Assembly: GCA_965221905.1 (NCBI GenBank)
Contig: OZ244922.1
Span: forward strand, 2,528,001-2,592,000
Length of the DNA stretch: 64,000 nucleotides
From: Chloroflexota bacterium
GTDB lineage: Bacteria > Chloroflexota > UBA11872 > VXOZ01
Reading direction: 5' to 3'
Below, one piece after another: positions 1-10,193 of this stretch (position 1 is the first letter of the stretch; each line of letters starts with the position of its first letter). Under the pieces are notes generated by a model. That model was not told where the DNA came from. It saw only the letters and a list, made by a program, of their open reading frames with translations, and searched no databases. The position numbers and the translations under genes were made by a program.

Positions 1-441
1 GTTATCGCGCTATCACTCGTCTTCTTCGGAGCGAACGTAGCGCCAATAATCTACCAGACCTTCTTTCTCCTGATAGCCGCCTATTTGATCCGATTCTTAC
101 CGCAAGCCTATGGCAATGCGCGGACATCGTTGTTGCAGGTGAACCCCTCGCTCGAAGAAGCCTCACGGAGTCTCGGCCACTCCTGGCATGCCACACTCCG
201 CGCGATTACGTTGCCCTTAGTGCGGGGCGGAGCTACCGCGGGCGGCATTCTGGTCTTCGTTACCACCCTCAAAGAGCTACCAATAACCCTCTTGCTGGGC
301 CCGATCGGCTTCAAGACACTCGCTACTGAAATCTGGTCCACAACCGCGGAAGGATTCTTCGCTCAGTCTGCGCCTGTGATCTTGGTGCTGCTGGGTATTT
401 CGCTGCTGCCGACGTTGCTCTTTGCCGTTAAGGAACCGTAA
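1..441 (+). CDS. fbpB: Iron(III) ABC transporter permease, 5'-truncated by window edge
   Basis: Frame is open from base 1 (VIALSLVFFG...). EAA loop SLEEASRSLG and KELPITLLLGPIGFKTLATEIW are typical of FbpB. Directly upstream of an ABC ATPase. Confidence 0.85.
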   Translation, partial: VIALSLVFFGANVAPIIYQTFFLLIAAYLIRFLPQAYGNARTSLLQVNPSLEEASRSLGHSWHATLRAITLPLVRGGATAGGILVFVTTLKELPITLLLGPIGFKTLATEIWSTTAEGFFAQSAPVILVLLGISLLPTLLFAVKEP

Positions 442-454
442 AATAGATGCTGAC

Positions 455-1504
455 ATGAGTATTAGCCTCTTCGCCATCCGCTGCCACAACGTCACTAAAC
501 GATTCGGCTCCGTACTGGCAGTTAACCAGGTAGACCTAACTGTTGCACCCGGTGAATTCCTCAGCCTCCTGGGGCCAAGCGGTTGCGGCAAAACAACCAT
601 GCTCCGCCTAATCGCCGGGTTTGAGGTGCCGGATACCGGCACGATTGAAATCGGCGACCTTTGCGTCGTTGGCCCCAAGCGGTGGATACAACCGGAACGG
701 CGGCGCGTGGGCATGGTCTTCCAGGACTATGCGCTCTTTCCACACATGACTGTGGCGGAAAACGTGGCCTACGGCGTGCGCAAGTGGCCCGATCAACGCG
801 AACGAGTTGGCAAAGCCCTGCGGCTGGTCGGTTTGGATAGCCTTCGCGAGCGGATGCCTAACGAGCTTTCCGGCGGACAGCAGCAGCGTGTGGCACTCGC
901 TCGCGCACTGGCCCCGGAACCCGACGTGATCCTCATGGACGAACCGTTCTCAAATCTGGACGTGGCCCTGCGCGCGCGCATCCGCGCCGAGACACGTGAG
1001 ATCCTCGCCCGAGCCGGAGCAACTGTGATCTTTGTAACTCACGATCAAGAAGAGGCGCTCAGCCTCGCCGATCGGGTTGCCGTTATGTGGGACGGACAGA
1101 TTGCCCAGGTGGGCGAACCGGAAGAGCTCTACCGCAACCCCACTTCTCGGGAAGTGGCCCAGTTCGTAGGTGGCGCGAATTTCCTCTTTGCGCACGCCGC
1201 CAACGGCCATGCGCAGTGTGCGCTCGGCCGATTTCCGCTCAACGGCACGGCCCATAGCGGAGACCTTGATCTCATGTTCCGTCCCGAGGATATTGCATTG
1301 ACGGTTGCGTCGGACGGTGCCTCGCGCGTCGTCGATTCCACTTTCTACGGCCACGATAGCACGGTGACAATTCGCCTGGAAACCGGCGAAAACATTCAGG
1401 TGCGGCTTCTCGGCGCGCCGCTAACCCCAGGGACGCGCGTCGACTGCCGGGTCACGGCTGAACCGCGCACCTTCCTGCGGCTACCGCAAGCTGCAACTTC
1501 GTAG
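455..1504 (+). CDS. fbpC: Iron(III)/polyamine-type ABC transporter ATP-binding protein
   Basis: Walker A GPSGCGKT, signature LSGGQQQR, Walker B ILMDEP, C-terminal TOBE-like region. Start placed at ATG 455 within ORF 422..1504. Confidence 0.88.
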   Translation: MSISLFAIRCHNVTKRFGSVLAVNQVDLTVAPGEFLSLLGPSGCGKTTMLRLIAGFEVPDTGTIEIGDLCVVGPKRWIQPERRRVGMVFQDYALFPHMTVAENVAYGVRKWPDQRERVGKALRLVGLDSLRERMPNELSGGQQQRVALARALAPEPDVILMDEPFSNLDVALRARIRAETREILARAGATVIFVTHDQEEALSLADRVAVMWDGQIAQVGEPEELYRNPTSREVAQFVGGANFLFAHAANGHAQCALGRFPLNGTAHSGDLDLMFRPEDIALTVASDGASRVVDSTFYGHDSTVTIRLETGENIQVRLLGAPLTPGTRVDCRVTAEPRTFLRLPQAATS

Positions 1505-1576
1505 TTCTGCGGGACACGGTATAGTTATTGCAACCGAGCACTCACTCAGTGTTAGCCAGGAAACCCCTACCGGCTC

Positions 1577-2734
1577 ATGCCAACTCTTGATTGCACTACG
1601 GCGCGCAATGAGATTTCGCTGCTTCAAGACTGTGTCTACCTCAATACCGGTACGGAAGGGCTGCTAGCGGAACCGGTCCTTGCCGACTACCAAGCCGCAA
1701 TTGCACGACAGGAGCGCCAGGGCCACGTGGCCCTGGAATGGCGCTACACCCAATCCGAACGCGCACGCGAGGCAGTTGCGAGAGTTCTGCACACTCATCC
1801 CGCTACCATTGCCTTCACCCGCAACGCCACTGACAGCCACAACATCGTGCTCCACGGCCTGCCTTGGCAACCCGGCGACGAACTCCTGATTTCCGATCAG
1901 GAGCATCCGGCGCTGACCCATCCCGCGGCTTATTTGCAGAACCGCGGTGGGCCAACCGTGCGGGTGTTTGCCATCGACGCCGATCCGCAGAGCACAATGC
2001 AGAACATCCGTGCCGCCTTGGGTCCCAAGACTCGGCTGATTGCCTTCAGCCAGGTGAGTTGCGAAAGCGGCATTCGGCTGCCGGCCAAGGAAATCTGTCA
2101 GATTGCCCACGAGCATGGCGCCTGGGCGCTTGTGGACGGCGCGCAATCGCTGGGCGCAATTCCCGTGGACGTGACAGATATGAACTGCGATTTCTTCGTC
2201 AGCAACGGGCACAAATGGCTGTGCGGCCCAAAGGGAACGGGCATCCTATACGTACGCCTCGACCGGCTAGAATCCCTTGCCATAAGAGCGGTTGGCGCGG
2301 GCACCTTCGAGGATTTTAACTGGAGCGGAGAGGACTTTCGCCTTCGCCTCAAGCCGGACGCCCGCCGCTTCGAATTCGGCACGCGCAATCAAGCCGCGCT
2401 TGCCGGACTCCATGCCGCTATCGCTTGGCTTGAAGAGCTTGGTTTCTCCAACGTTTTCTCACGCATTAGGGACTTAGCCCAACAAGCCCACCGAATACTC
2501 GCGGAGAGTCCCGGTGTCGAGGTGCTGACTCCGCGATCTGTTGACGAATCGGCGGGGATCGTGACTTTCCTACTGAATGGGAAGCAACCGTCTGAAGTTT
2601 CGCAGGCGCTATGGCAACAAGGGATCATCACGCGCCACACGACAACTCCACCGGGAGTGCGAGCCTCAGCCGCCTACTTCAACAACGAGCAGGACTTCGA
2701 GCGGCTGGCAGCGGCGCTGGGCTCCATCGTGTGA
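1577..2734 (+). CDS. Class V PLP-dependent aminotransferase (cystine lyase/isopenicillin N epimerase-like)
   Basis: YLNTG, DGAQ and SNGHKWLCGPKGTG (PLP lysine) motifs. Confidence 0.85.
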   Translation: MPTLDCTTARNEISLLQDCVYLNTGTEGLLAEPVLADYQAAIARQERQGHVALEWRYTQSERAREAVARVLHTHPATIAFTRNATDSHNIVLHGLPWQPGDELLISDQEHPALTHPAAYLQNRGGPTVRVFAIDADPQSTMQNIRAALGPKTRLIAFSQVSCESGIRLPAKEICQIAHEHGAWALVDGAQSLGAIPVDVTDMNCDFFVSNGHKWLCGPKGTGILYVRLDRLESLAIRAVGAGTFEDFNWSGEDFRLRLKPDARRFEFGTRNQAALAGLHAAIAWLEELGFSNVFSRIRDLAQQAHRILAESPGVEVLTPRSVDESAGIVTFLLNGKQPSEVSQALWQQGIITRHTTTPPGVRASAAYFNNEQDFERLAAALGSIV

Positions 2735-2884
2735 GAGAATGCACAGTGGGTTTTGTGGGGACAGTGCAAACTGTCGCAGTCCCGTGTTCGCCAAGTCTTT
2801 TCTGGATCGAATGCCTGGGAAGTCTTTGACTAAGAGCATGACCTATTCGCCTGCATTCTCAACGAGAGGTTCATTCTGCAGCCA

Positions 2885-4078
2885 ATGACGAAGAGCCGGC
2901 GCCAACTCCGCATCCTGGTAACCGGCGGTGGATCCGGCGGCCACGTGACGCCCGCGCTCGCCACGATAGAAGCAATTGAGGCCCTTGCCGAACAAGACGG
3001 CGCCTGGAAACCTACGTTCCTTTACGTAGGCAGCCATGGCGGAATAGAGCGCAAGCTGGCAAGTGACGCCGGACTTCCCTTCACCGCAATTTCCACCGGC
3101 AAGCTCCGCCGCTCGCATCGATTGCTGGGACACTTTTCTTGGCAAAACATTCTCGACGCGCTGCGACTGCCTTGGGGCGTGCTGCAGGCGCTGATCACCG
3201 TCATGCGCTTCCGACCTCACGTTGTCTTGAGTACCGGGGGTTTCGTGTGCGTGCCGCCCGTAATCGCAGCCTGGCTGCTGCGCGTTCCCGTGATCACCCA
3301 TGAACAGACGGTGCAAATGGGTCTGGCAAACCGCATCGCATCGCGCTTTGCAAGGCACATCGCCTTAACTTACGAATCTGCGGGGAGTTACCTGCCGTCG
3401 CGCCTGCAAGCTAAGACCTTCGTAACCGGTAACCCGGTGCGCCCTATCATCTTCAACGGCAGTCCCGCGACGGCACTCTCTCTTGCCGGATTCGCGGGTG
3501 ATGACACTTTGCCGACTCTGTATGTCACCGGCGGCGCGCAAGGCGCACAACACATCAATCGTGCCGTTGAAGAGGCGTTGCCCGATCTGCTCACTATGTG
3601 CCGCGTCGTTCATCAGTGTGGAAGCCAGCAAGCGGGAGAGATAAGCGAGGGCGAACGCCTGCGGCAGGTCCGCGGCGCGCTGCCCGGCCACCTGCAGGCG
3701 CGCTACTACGTGGTGGATTTCGTCGCAGACGAGATTGGACACATCTATGCGCTTGCGGACGCCGTTGTAAGCCGCTCAGGTGCGGGCACTTTGGCGGAAC
3801 TCTTTGCGCTCGGCAAGCCGGCGATCCTCATCCCCTTGGTACCAACCGGCGGCGACGAACAGCGGCGTAATGCGCAGCTTGCCCAAAAAGCGGGTGCAGC
3901 GCAGATTATCGAACAGGCCGACCTCTCCGGTCAAGTCTTGTTTAAAGCAGTATCCGGGCTACTTTCCGATTGGGAGCTGCAAGAGTCCATGTCACGCGCC
4001 GCCAAGAACCTCGCTCGGCCCGATGCCGCGCGCCTTTTGGCAGAATCAGTCATTGCATTGGCAGACCGGACCGGCTGA
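2885..4078 (+). CDS. murG: Lipid II GlcNAc transferase MurG
   Basis: GGGSGGHVTP, HEQ, TGNPVR, GGAQGA and SRSGAGT motifs. Confidence 0.93.
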   Translation: MTKSRRQLRILVTGGGSGGHVTPALATIEAIEALAEQDGAWKPTFLYVGSHGGIERKLASDAGLPFTAISTGKLRRSHRLLGHFSWQNILDALRLPWGVLQALITVMRFRPHVVLSTGGFVCVPPVIAAWLLRVPVITHEQTVQMGLANRIASRFARHIALTYESAGSYLPSRLQAKTFVTGNPVRPIIFNGSPATALSLAGFAGDDTLPTLYVTGGAQGAQHINRAVEEALPDLLTMCRVVHQCGSQQAGEISEGERLRQVRGALPGHLQARYYVVDFVADEIGHIYALADAVVSRSGAGTLAELFALGKPAILIPLVPTGGDEQRRNAQLAQKAGAAQIIEQADLSGQVLFKAVSGLLSDWELQESMSRAAKNLARPDAARLLAESVIALADRTG

Positions 4079-4095
4079 CGGTCGACACGCTCCCG

Positions 4096-4644
4096 TCACG
4101 CGTCATCTACTGCATAGACGCTGAACATCGAATCGCCATGTTGACGCCTGCGCAAGAGATGCAGCCTACCCAACCGCTCTTCGGGCAGCTTCTTCTTCCA
4201 GTGTCCGACTACGACAATCGTCCGGCTCTGAATCGCACACGATTCGGCAAGCGCCGGCAGCCAGTCTTCATGGTCCACGGTGTGGTAGGGCGGGTCTGCC
4301 AAGATTAGGTCGTAAGGCTCCTTCAAACGGTTAAGCACGCCCGGCACACGCGCCTGGATCACACGTGCTCGCTCGCGCAATGACGCCGTGCGCAAGTTCT
4401 CACGAATTGCCCTGCAAGACGCCGGTAGCGCGTCAACGAAGTCGCACCACTCGGCTCCACGGCTCAAGGCTTCAATTCCCAGCGCACCGGTGCCTGCAAA
4501 GAGCTCCAGCACTCGTCCGTCTTCACCTCTTTCACCAAGCGAATTGAAGATAGCGTGTTTGACCTTGTCTAATGTCGGTCGCACCTGCGCCGTCTTTGGC
4601 ACACGTAGCCGCCTTCCGGCGGCACTCCCGCTGATAATGCGCAT
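4096..4644 (-). CDS. rsmD: 16S rRNA m2G966 methyltransferase
   Basis: MRIISG...RPT, LFAGTGALGIEALSRGA and DPPY motifs. Confidence 0.93.
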   Translation of the reverse strand: MRIISGSAAGRRLRVPKTAQVRPTLDKVKHAIFNSLGERGEDGRVLELFAGTGALGIEALSRGAEWCDFVDALPASCRAIRENLRTASLRERARVIQARVPGVLNRLKEPYDLILADPPYHTVDHEDWLPALAESCAIQSRTIVVVGHWKKKLPEERLGRLHLLRRRQHGDSMFSVYAVDDA

Positions 4645-4796
4645 GTTCATCATTCAAACTCGCTGGTTTTGTGCGGTTCTATCAACTTAGACATGAGACA
4701 AGTCACTTAGAGACAGGCTGCTTCAACCGGATATTCCGTGGTGCGCAAATGAGGCCAACTAACTCGATTACACCCATTGCCTACACAGCAATGCTC

Positions 4797-5474
4797 TCAA
4801 ATCGAGATGTGCGGGTAATTTCTATAGAGCAGATCGGTTTGCACACACACCCGGTAGAAGTAGCGGTCCGCTTGAGCGATAAAGTCGTCAGCGCGGATTC
4901 GCTGCTCAGCCAGCCACGCCTCATTGGGGTGGCAGCGCTGGTTGCAGAGCGCTTTGGCCGTGATCGTCTTGCGTTTTCCTGTAAAGAGATCCATTGCGTC
5001 CGCTACCGGTATTTCAACCAAAGCTGTCACCTCGGCCGGATTTGGCGTGAAAGCGGTGAGCGGCAGGTTGGTCCGATGCAGGAAGACATACAGCACCTCA
5101 TAGTCGCGCACACCGGGCTCGACATCGCTCGCAGCCTGGCGTACCCCTAGCGGCAAGAGATCGTCCATAGAGAGTTCGAGGCCGATCTCCTCTTGGGATT
5201 CCCGCAAGGCATCTTCCACCGACTCCCCGGCAGCCAGGTGACCTCCCACGGTCGCATCCAGTTTTCCCGGTGACGTGTCCTTCGCCTCCGACCGCCGCTG
5301 GAATATCATGTAAGGCGTGCCGTCTTCATACTGCCCCACGACCCAGCAGTGCAGCGCCCGATGCCAGTCACCGTCCCGATGCACGTCCGCGCGGCGCTTA
5401 CGCAGGCCCAGCGGACGCCCTAACGAATCGCAGACATCGAACAGTTCGTCCGGATCGGAAAACGAGTCTCTCAT
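4797..5474 (-). CDS. NUDIX hydrolase (IPP-isomerase-like/YfcD-like)
   Basis: VHRDGDWHR and NUDIX box GHLAAGESVEDALRESQEEIGL. Start overlaps the recG stop (ATGA). Confidence 0.85.
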   Translation of the reverse strand: MRDSFSDPDELFDVCDSLGRPLGLRKRRADVHRDGDWHRALHCWVVGQYEDGTPYMIFQRRSEAKDTSPGKLDATVGGHLAAGESVEDALRESQEEIGLELSMDDLLPLGVRQAASDVEPGVRDYEVLYVFLHRTNLPLTAFTPNPAEVTALVEIPVADAMDLFTGKRKTITAKALCNQRCHPNEAWLAEQRIRADDFIAQADRYFYRVCVQTDLLYRNYPHISI

Positions 5475-7909
5475 GAGAGTTCACTCTCCACCCGCCAGAA
5501 TTTGGCGACTCGCTTGGCAAGACCGACGTGCTGAGGTTCTTCTAACGTGGGATCGGTTTCAAAGAGCTTCTTTGCCTCGTTCCGAGCAAGTTCCAAAGTT
5601 GAAAGGTCTGAGAGCTGTGCAACTTTGAGCGCCGGGAGCCCTGCTTGGCGCGTGCCGAAGAATTCCCCCGGCCCGCGCAGCGCCAAGTCCTTTTCCGCAA
5701 GCGCAAAGCCGTCGCGTTCCTCCTCCAGAATGCGTAGCCGTTCGTTCTCCGCCGCCTGCGCAGAGTCCGAGAGGAGCAGGCAGTACGATTGGTGCTCGCC
5801 GCGTCCCACGCGGCCGCGAAACTGGTGAAGCTGAGCAAGACCGAACCGCTCGGCGCTCTCAATCATCATTACCGATGCATTCGGCACGTCAATGCCGACC
5901 TCCACTACCGGCGTGCTCACCAGAATGTCGGTTTCACCTGCCGCGAACGCCCGCATTACTTTCTCTTTCTGCCTGCTGGTCAGCCGTCCATGGAGCAAGT
6001 CCACTTTAAGTTGCGGGAACACCTCTTTCCGCAAGCGGTCGAACTCGCTCTTGGCGGCGCGTACCTCCAATGTCTCAGACTCTTCAATGAGGGGAAAGAT
6101 GATAAAGGCTTGGCGGCCCTGCGCAATCTGCTTGGCGACGAATTCGTATGCCGGAGTGCGTTTCTCTGCCGGCACCCAGCGGGTCCTAATCGGTAAGCGA
6201 CCCGAAGGCATCTCGCGTATCACGGATACGTCCAAGTCACCGTAGAGCGTTAGTGCCAGCGACCGCGGAATGGGCGTCGCCGTCATCACCAGCACATGGG
6301 GATTGCGTCCTTTGCGTCGCAGCACAGCTCGTTGCCGCACGCCGAACCGGTGCTGCTCGTCCACTACCGCCAGGCCCAGATCGGCAAATACCACGTCATC
6401 CTGGATTACGGCGTGCGTGCCCACCAAGAGGTGGAGGGTTCCCACTTCCAGGTCGGCCAAGATAGCCCGTCGCTCACTCTTTCGCGTGCTGCCCGTCAGC
6501 AAAGCGCTACGCACCGCGAATGGATCGAGAAATCTCTTGAACGTGCGGATATGCTGCTCTGCCAGCACCTCAGTCGGCGCCATGATGACTGTTTGCAGGC
6601 CGTGCTTGGCCATCTGCAACGCCACTGCCGCGGCAACAACAGTCTTGCCCGCACCCACGTCTCCCTGCAACAGCCGGTTCATCGCCACCGGTTTGCTCAC
6701 GTCGGCAAGAATCTCCGTTAGCGCCTGTTGTTGGTCGCGCGTTAGCGCAAAGGGGAGCGATTCGAGAAATGATTGCGTTGTCTCAGGGCTGACGTCAACC
6801 GGAATCCCGGGCTGATCGAGCTGCCACTCGCGGCGACGCAGCAGCGTGCCGAGCTGGATGAAGAAGAATTCGTCGAAAGCAAGGCGATGGACTGCGCGAT
6901 GGTGCTGCTCTTCACTGCTGGGAAAGTGCATCTGATTGAGCGCTTCTTGCACGCCCATCAGATTGTTGCGCTCCAGTATGTGCGTTGGCACCACATCCTT
7001 GACCGCGTGCAGCGCCATGTCAAGCGCAGATCGCACCCAACGACGCATCCATTTGGCGGAAAGTTTGGCAGTCAAGGGATAGACCGGCACCAAGCGTCCC
7101 ACGTGCAAACCTTGCTCGGGGCTTTCAGCAAACTCATACTCCGGCGAGCGCAACTCCAACCCATTACGGCTGATCTCCACATTGCCTGCCACCACAATGC
7201 GCCGCTTATCTGTTAGGCTGCGCTGCAAGTACGGTTGGTTGAACCAGACGGCCTTGATGTAGCCCGTTTTGTCCGCCAAGGCAGCTTCGGTGATTACCAT
7301 GCGGCCCTGGGTAACCCGCCGATTCTCCACCTGCATCACGTTGACCACAATCGTGGCCTCTTCACCGGGCTTGAGATCTGCAATAGTCTTGATGCGGCTG
7401 CGGTCGATGTGTCGGTGCGGGAAGTGCTGGATGAGATCGCCCAATGTTGAGAGGCCGAGCTTCTCCAGACGTTTGGCGTCTTCCGCCTTCAACATCGGCA
7501 CAATTGCAAGAGGTGAATCAAGATCGGCTTTGGGCCGTGAGGCGACTTGCTTACGGGGTCGCGGACTACTTACGGAGTCCTTTGCAGGGGATGTGCTCGG
7601 CTTTCGTGGTGGCGGATTGCCAGGCCCAGTAGAATTGGGCACTGTTTGGCCGTTGAGAATCTGCAGGGCGCTCTGTACGCGCGTTCTCCGGTCCGCCGGT
7701 TCGATCGAGTGATAGTTCTCAAGCACTTGCCTGATAGCGATGAGACTCTGAGACTGCTTGGCGGATTCCGGCCCGCTCTCTGCTTGCCAGTTTGCCAAGA
7801 ACTGCTCCAGGCCTCCAATCACCGTGCCATCGTCATACCCCCGGCGTACCTCTTGTTCAAGAATACGGTGCAGGATCTCGCTGCGGTCGCGCGGTTCGGG
7901 GCTGGGCAT
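5471..7909 (-). CDS. recG: ATP-dependent DNA helicase RecG
   Basis: RLLQGDVGAGKT, DEQHRFGV, MTATPIPR, QFRGRVGRG and RGPGEFFG motifs, plus an OB wedge domain. Confidence 0.97.
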   Translation of the reverse strand: MPSPEPRDRSEILHRILEQEVRRGYDDGTVIGGLEQFLANWQAESGPESAKQSQSLIAIRQVLENYHSIEPADRRTRVQSALQILNGQTVPNSTGPGNPPPRKPSTSPAKDSVSSPRPRKQVASRPKADLDSPLAIVPMLKAEDAKRLEKLGLSTLGDLIQHFPHRHIDRSRIKTIADLKPGEEATIVVNVMQVENRRVTQGRMVITEAALADKTGYIKAVWFNQPYLQRSLTDKRRIVVAGNVEISRNGLELRSPEYEFAESPEQGLHVGRLVPVYPLTAKLSAKWMRRWVRSALDMALHAVKDVVPTHILERNNLMGVQEALNQMHFPSSEEQHHRAVHRLAFDEFFFIQLGTLLRRREWQLDQPGIPVDVSPETTQSFLESLPFALTRDQQQALTEILADVSKPVAMNRLLQGDVGAGKTVVAAAVALQMAKHGLQTVIMAPTEVLAEQHIRTFKRFLDPFAVRSALLTGSTRKSERRAILADLEVGTLHLLVGTHAVIQDDVVFADLGLAVVDEQHRFGVRQRAVLRRKGRNPHVLVMTATPIPRSLALTLYGDLDVSVIREMPSGRLPIRTRWVPAEKRTPAYEFVAKQIAQGRQAFIIFPLIEESETLEVRAAKSEFDRLRKEVFPQLKVDLLHGRLTSRQKEKVMRAFAAGETDILVSTPVVEVGIDVPNASVMMIESAERFGLAQLHQFRGRVGRGEHQSYCLLLSDSAQAAENERLRILEEERDGFALAEKDLALRGPGEFFGTRQAGLPALKVAQLSDLSTLELARNEAKKLFETDPTLEEPQHVGLAKRVAKFWRVESELS

Positions 7910-7915
7910 GGCACC

Positions 7916-9613
7916 TCATTCAAGGGTAAGCAGGTATGGGTAGTGCGGCTGGCCGCCGTGGATGACCTCGACCTCAAGTGATCGATATTGCGCTTGAATC
8001 CGGTCGGCGAGCCCGCGTGCCTCGTCTTCAGTCACATCGGCGCCGTAGTAGAAAGTAAGTAGCTCAGAAGTTTGCGGCCCCATGCGCTCTATGGCGGCGA
8101 GCAACGCGGCAAAGAGATCGTCACTTGCAGCAGAAACCTGGTTTCCTGCGAGTGCAAGCCACTGTCCTTGGAGCACATTTACGCCATCCACCGTTGCATT
8201 GCGGGTGGCCAATGTCACAGCCCCGTACTGCGTGCTCTCTGCCGCGTCTCTCATCGCACTTTCGTTTTCATCGGGGCCAACGCCCTCTTGATACGCAAAT
8301 AGCACGGCGATGCCCTGCGCCATCGAATACGTTGGCAGCACGTGAACGACGCACTCCGCCAGGTCCCGTGTCTGCTCCGCCGACAGAATGACGTTCTTAT
8401 CGTTTGGAAGCACAAAGACGTGGCGCGCATTGGCAGCCGCAAGCGCCTCGTAAATTTCCTGGGTGCTGGGATTCATAGTCGGGCCGCCACTTACCACAGT
8501 TGCACCCATTTGCCGGTAAATCTCAGCGAGACCCTCGCCATCCGCCACGGCGACGACGCACTGTTCTCGGGTCTCAGTTGGCGCAGTTTCGATTGGCGGA
8601 GCAGGCAAATCCTCACCGATCCCGGGCAGGTCTCCGTCGGCTAGTGCGGACTGCATCCGTTCGTACTGGTCGTCCATGTTGAAGATCTCAATGCGGTGAA
8701 GATTGCCCGCACCGCGTGCGAGATCGAGTACACCTCCTGGATTCTCCGTGTGCAGATGAACCCGCACCAAGTCTTCGTCGCCGACTACGACAACGGACGT
8801 ACCTCGCTCGGCAACGGCTTGGCGAATATCCATGACGTCGAGTTCCGTGCCGCTCACCAAGAAACCTGTGCAGTATCCGTAGAGCGTTTCCGTAACCACC
8901 GCGATCTCAGGAAGTAATGCCCGTTCACCGGTCGGCAGTTCCACCTGCTCCACTGACTCGCCTGTCACGTAGCGCCGTGCGCCTTCCAAGAGCAGCCACA
9001 ACGCCTGACCGCCGGCATCCACCACCCCGGCATCGCGCAGCACGTCGAGCAGTTGGGGTGTGCGGGCTACAGACCGTTCCGCCGCAGCCACCGCAGTAGC
9101 AAGCACGTCCGACATTTCGGCATCCCGTGGAGACGCTTCGCAAGCGTACGATTCGCAAGCTTCGGCCGTGTCGCGCGCCACCGTCAGCATCGTGCCTTCC
9201 TGCGGCTCTTGCAAAGCGGCATAGGCGGAGTCGGACGCAGATCGCAGCGCCTGCACGATGTCGGATACCGCGATCTCAGCGGAGCCCTCGAGCACATCCG
9301 CAACTCCGCGCAAGCACTGCGAGAAGATCACGCCCGAATTGCCTCGCGCTCCCATCAACGCGCCGCGATAGACCGCTTGGGCGACCTCGCCTGCGTGCGT
9401 GCTTTGCGCTTGCCTGCCAGCCTGCAACGCGGCTTCCAAGGTGAGCAGCATGTTCGTACCGGTGTCGCCGTCCGGCACCGGGAAGACGTTAAGGCGGTTG
9501 ATCTCCTCCTTGTTGGCCGCAAGGAGATGGTAACCGTACTCCAAAGCCCCGATCAGGCTTTGCCCGTCACAGCCTGCCGTGGTTCCTTCTTGCACTTCCG
9601 GTCCGGCCTGCAT
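7916..9613 (-). CDS. fakA: DAK2-domain fatty acid kinase catalytic subunit
   Basis: LNVFPVPDGDTGTNM, GARGNSGVI, EGTMLTV, VVDAGG and GGQPHYPY motifs. Start uncertain (9613 or 9658). Confidence 0.92.
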   Translation of the reverse strand: MQAGPEVQEGTTAGCDGQSLIGALEYGYHLLAANKEEINRLNVFPVPDGDTGTNMLLTLEAALQAGRQAQSTHAGEVAQAVYRGALMGARGNSGVIFSQCLRGVADVLEGSAEIAVSDIVQALRSASDSAYAALQEPQEGTMLTVARDTAEACESYACEASPRDAEMSDVLATAVAAAERSVARTPQLLDVLRDAGVVDAGGQALWLLLEGARRYVTGESVEQVELPTGERALLPEIAVVTETLYGYCTGFLVSGTELDVMDIRQAVAERGTSVVVVGDEDLVRVHLHTENPGGVLDLARGAGNLHRIEIFNMDDQYERMQSALADGDLPGIGEDLPAPPIETAPTETREQCVVAVADGEGLAEIYRQMGATVVSGGPTMNPSTQEIYEALAAANARHVFVLPNDKNVILSAEQTRDLAECVVHVLPTYSMAQGIAVLFAYQEGVGPDENESAMRDAAESTQYGAVTLATRNATVDGVNVLQGQWLALAGNQVSAASDDLFAALLAAIERMGPQTSELLTFYYGADVTEDEARGLADRIQAQYRSLEVEVIHGGQPHYPYLLTLE

Positions 9614-9909
9614 ATTATCCACAGGAATTACATACCTTGCTTTGCACCGCAGAGCCAATCGGCTCCGTCTCGATGATTTGGGGTTTCCTGCTGCCGATCC
9701 CCGCCTGCTTCCTGCTCACGTTTGAGACAACTCACTTGTGCGACTGAAGCAAAACATCAGGAAGTCCGGCGTCACCCACCAGCCGGCAGGATTGAGCACA
9801 TTGCCTACTCTATGCTAACATTGACCCTTGGTGACAAGCTCATCATAGCGATAGATTGAACACAGGGTCAACATTGGCACTCGTGACCCGCTTAATTGAG
9901 GACTAGCTC

Positions 9910-10122
9910 ATGGCTATTTGTGATGTGTGTGGCAAAGGCGCGCAAGTGGGCCACAATATTCAGCATCAGGCTTCCGGCAAGTGGCGCTATCGTGCGCCGA
10001 AGACGCGCAAAGTGTGGAAAGCGAACGTGCAGAAAGTGCGTCTGCTTATTGAAGGCCAGCTAAAGAGAGTAAATATCTGCACCCGCTGCCTCCGCACCCA
10101 GGCGAAGTCAACTGCGGTCTAG
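9910..10122 (+). CDS. rpmB: 50S ribosomal protein L28 (zinc-binding form)
   Basis: CDVCGK...NVQKVR...ICTRCLRT, RBS GAGG, divergent from fakA as is usual. Confidence 0.93.
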   Translation: MAICDVCGKGAQVGHNIQHQASGKWRYRAPKTRKVWKANVQKVRLLIEGQLKRVNICTRCLRTQAKSTAV

Positions 10123-10164
10123 TCTCGATCAAGCGCAGATGTCCTTTTGCACCTAGAAGCGAAT

Positions 10165-10193
10165 GAGGAGAAGGTCAGTACGACCCTCTCCTC
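10165..10193 (-). terminator. 12-bp hairpin between convergent rpmB and the NDT-like gene, probable terminator
   Basis: Minus strand reads GAGGAGAGGGTC-GTACT-GACCTTCTCCTC with one G.U pair. The U tract is weak. Confidence 0.5.
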
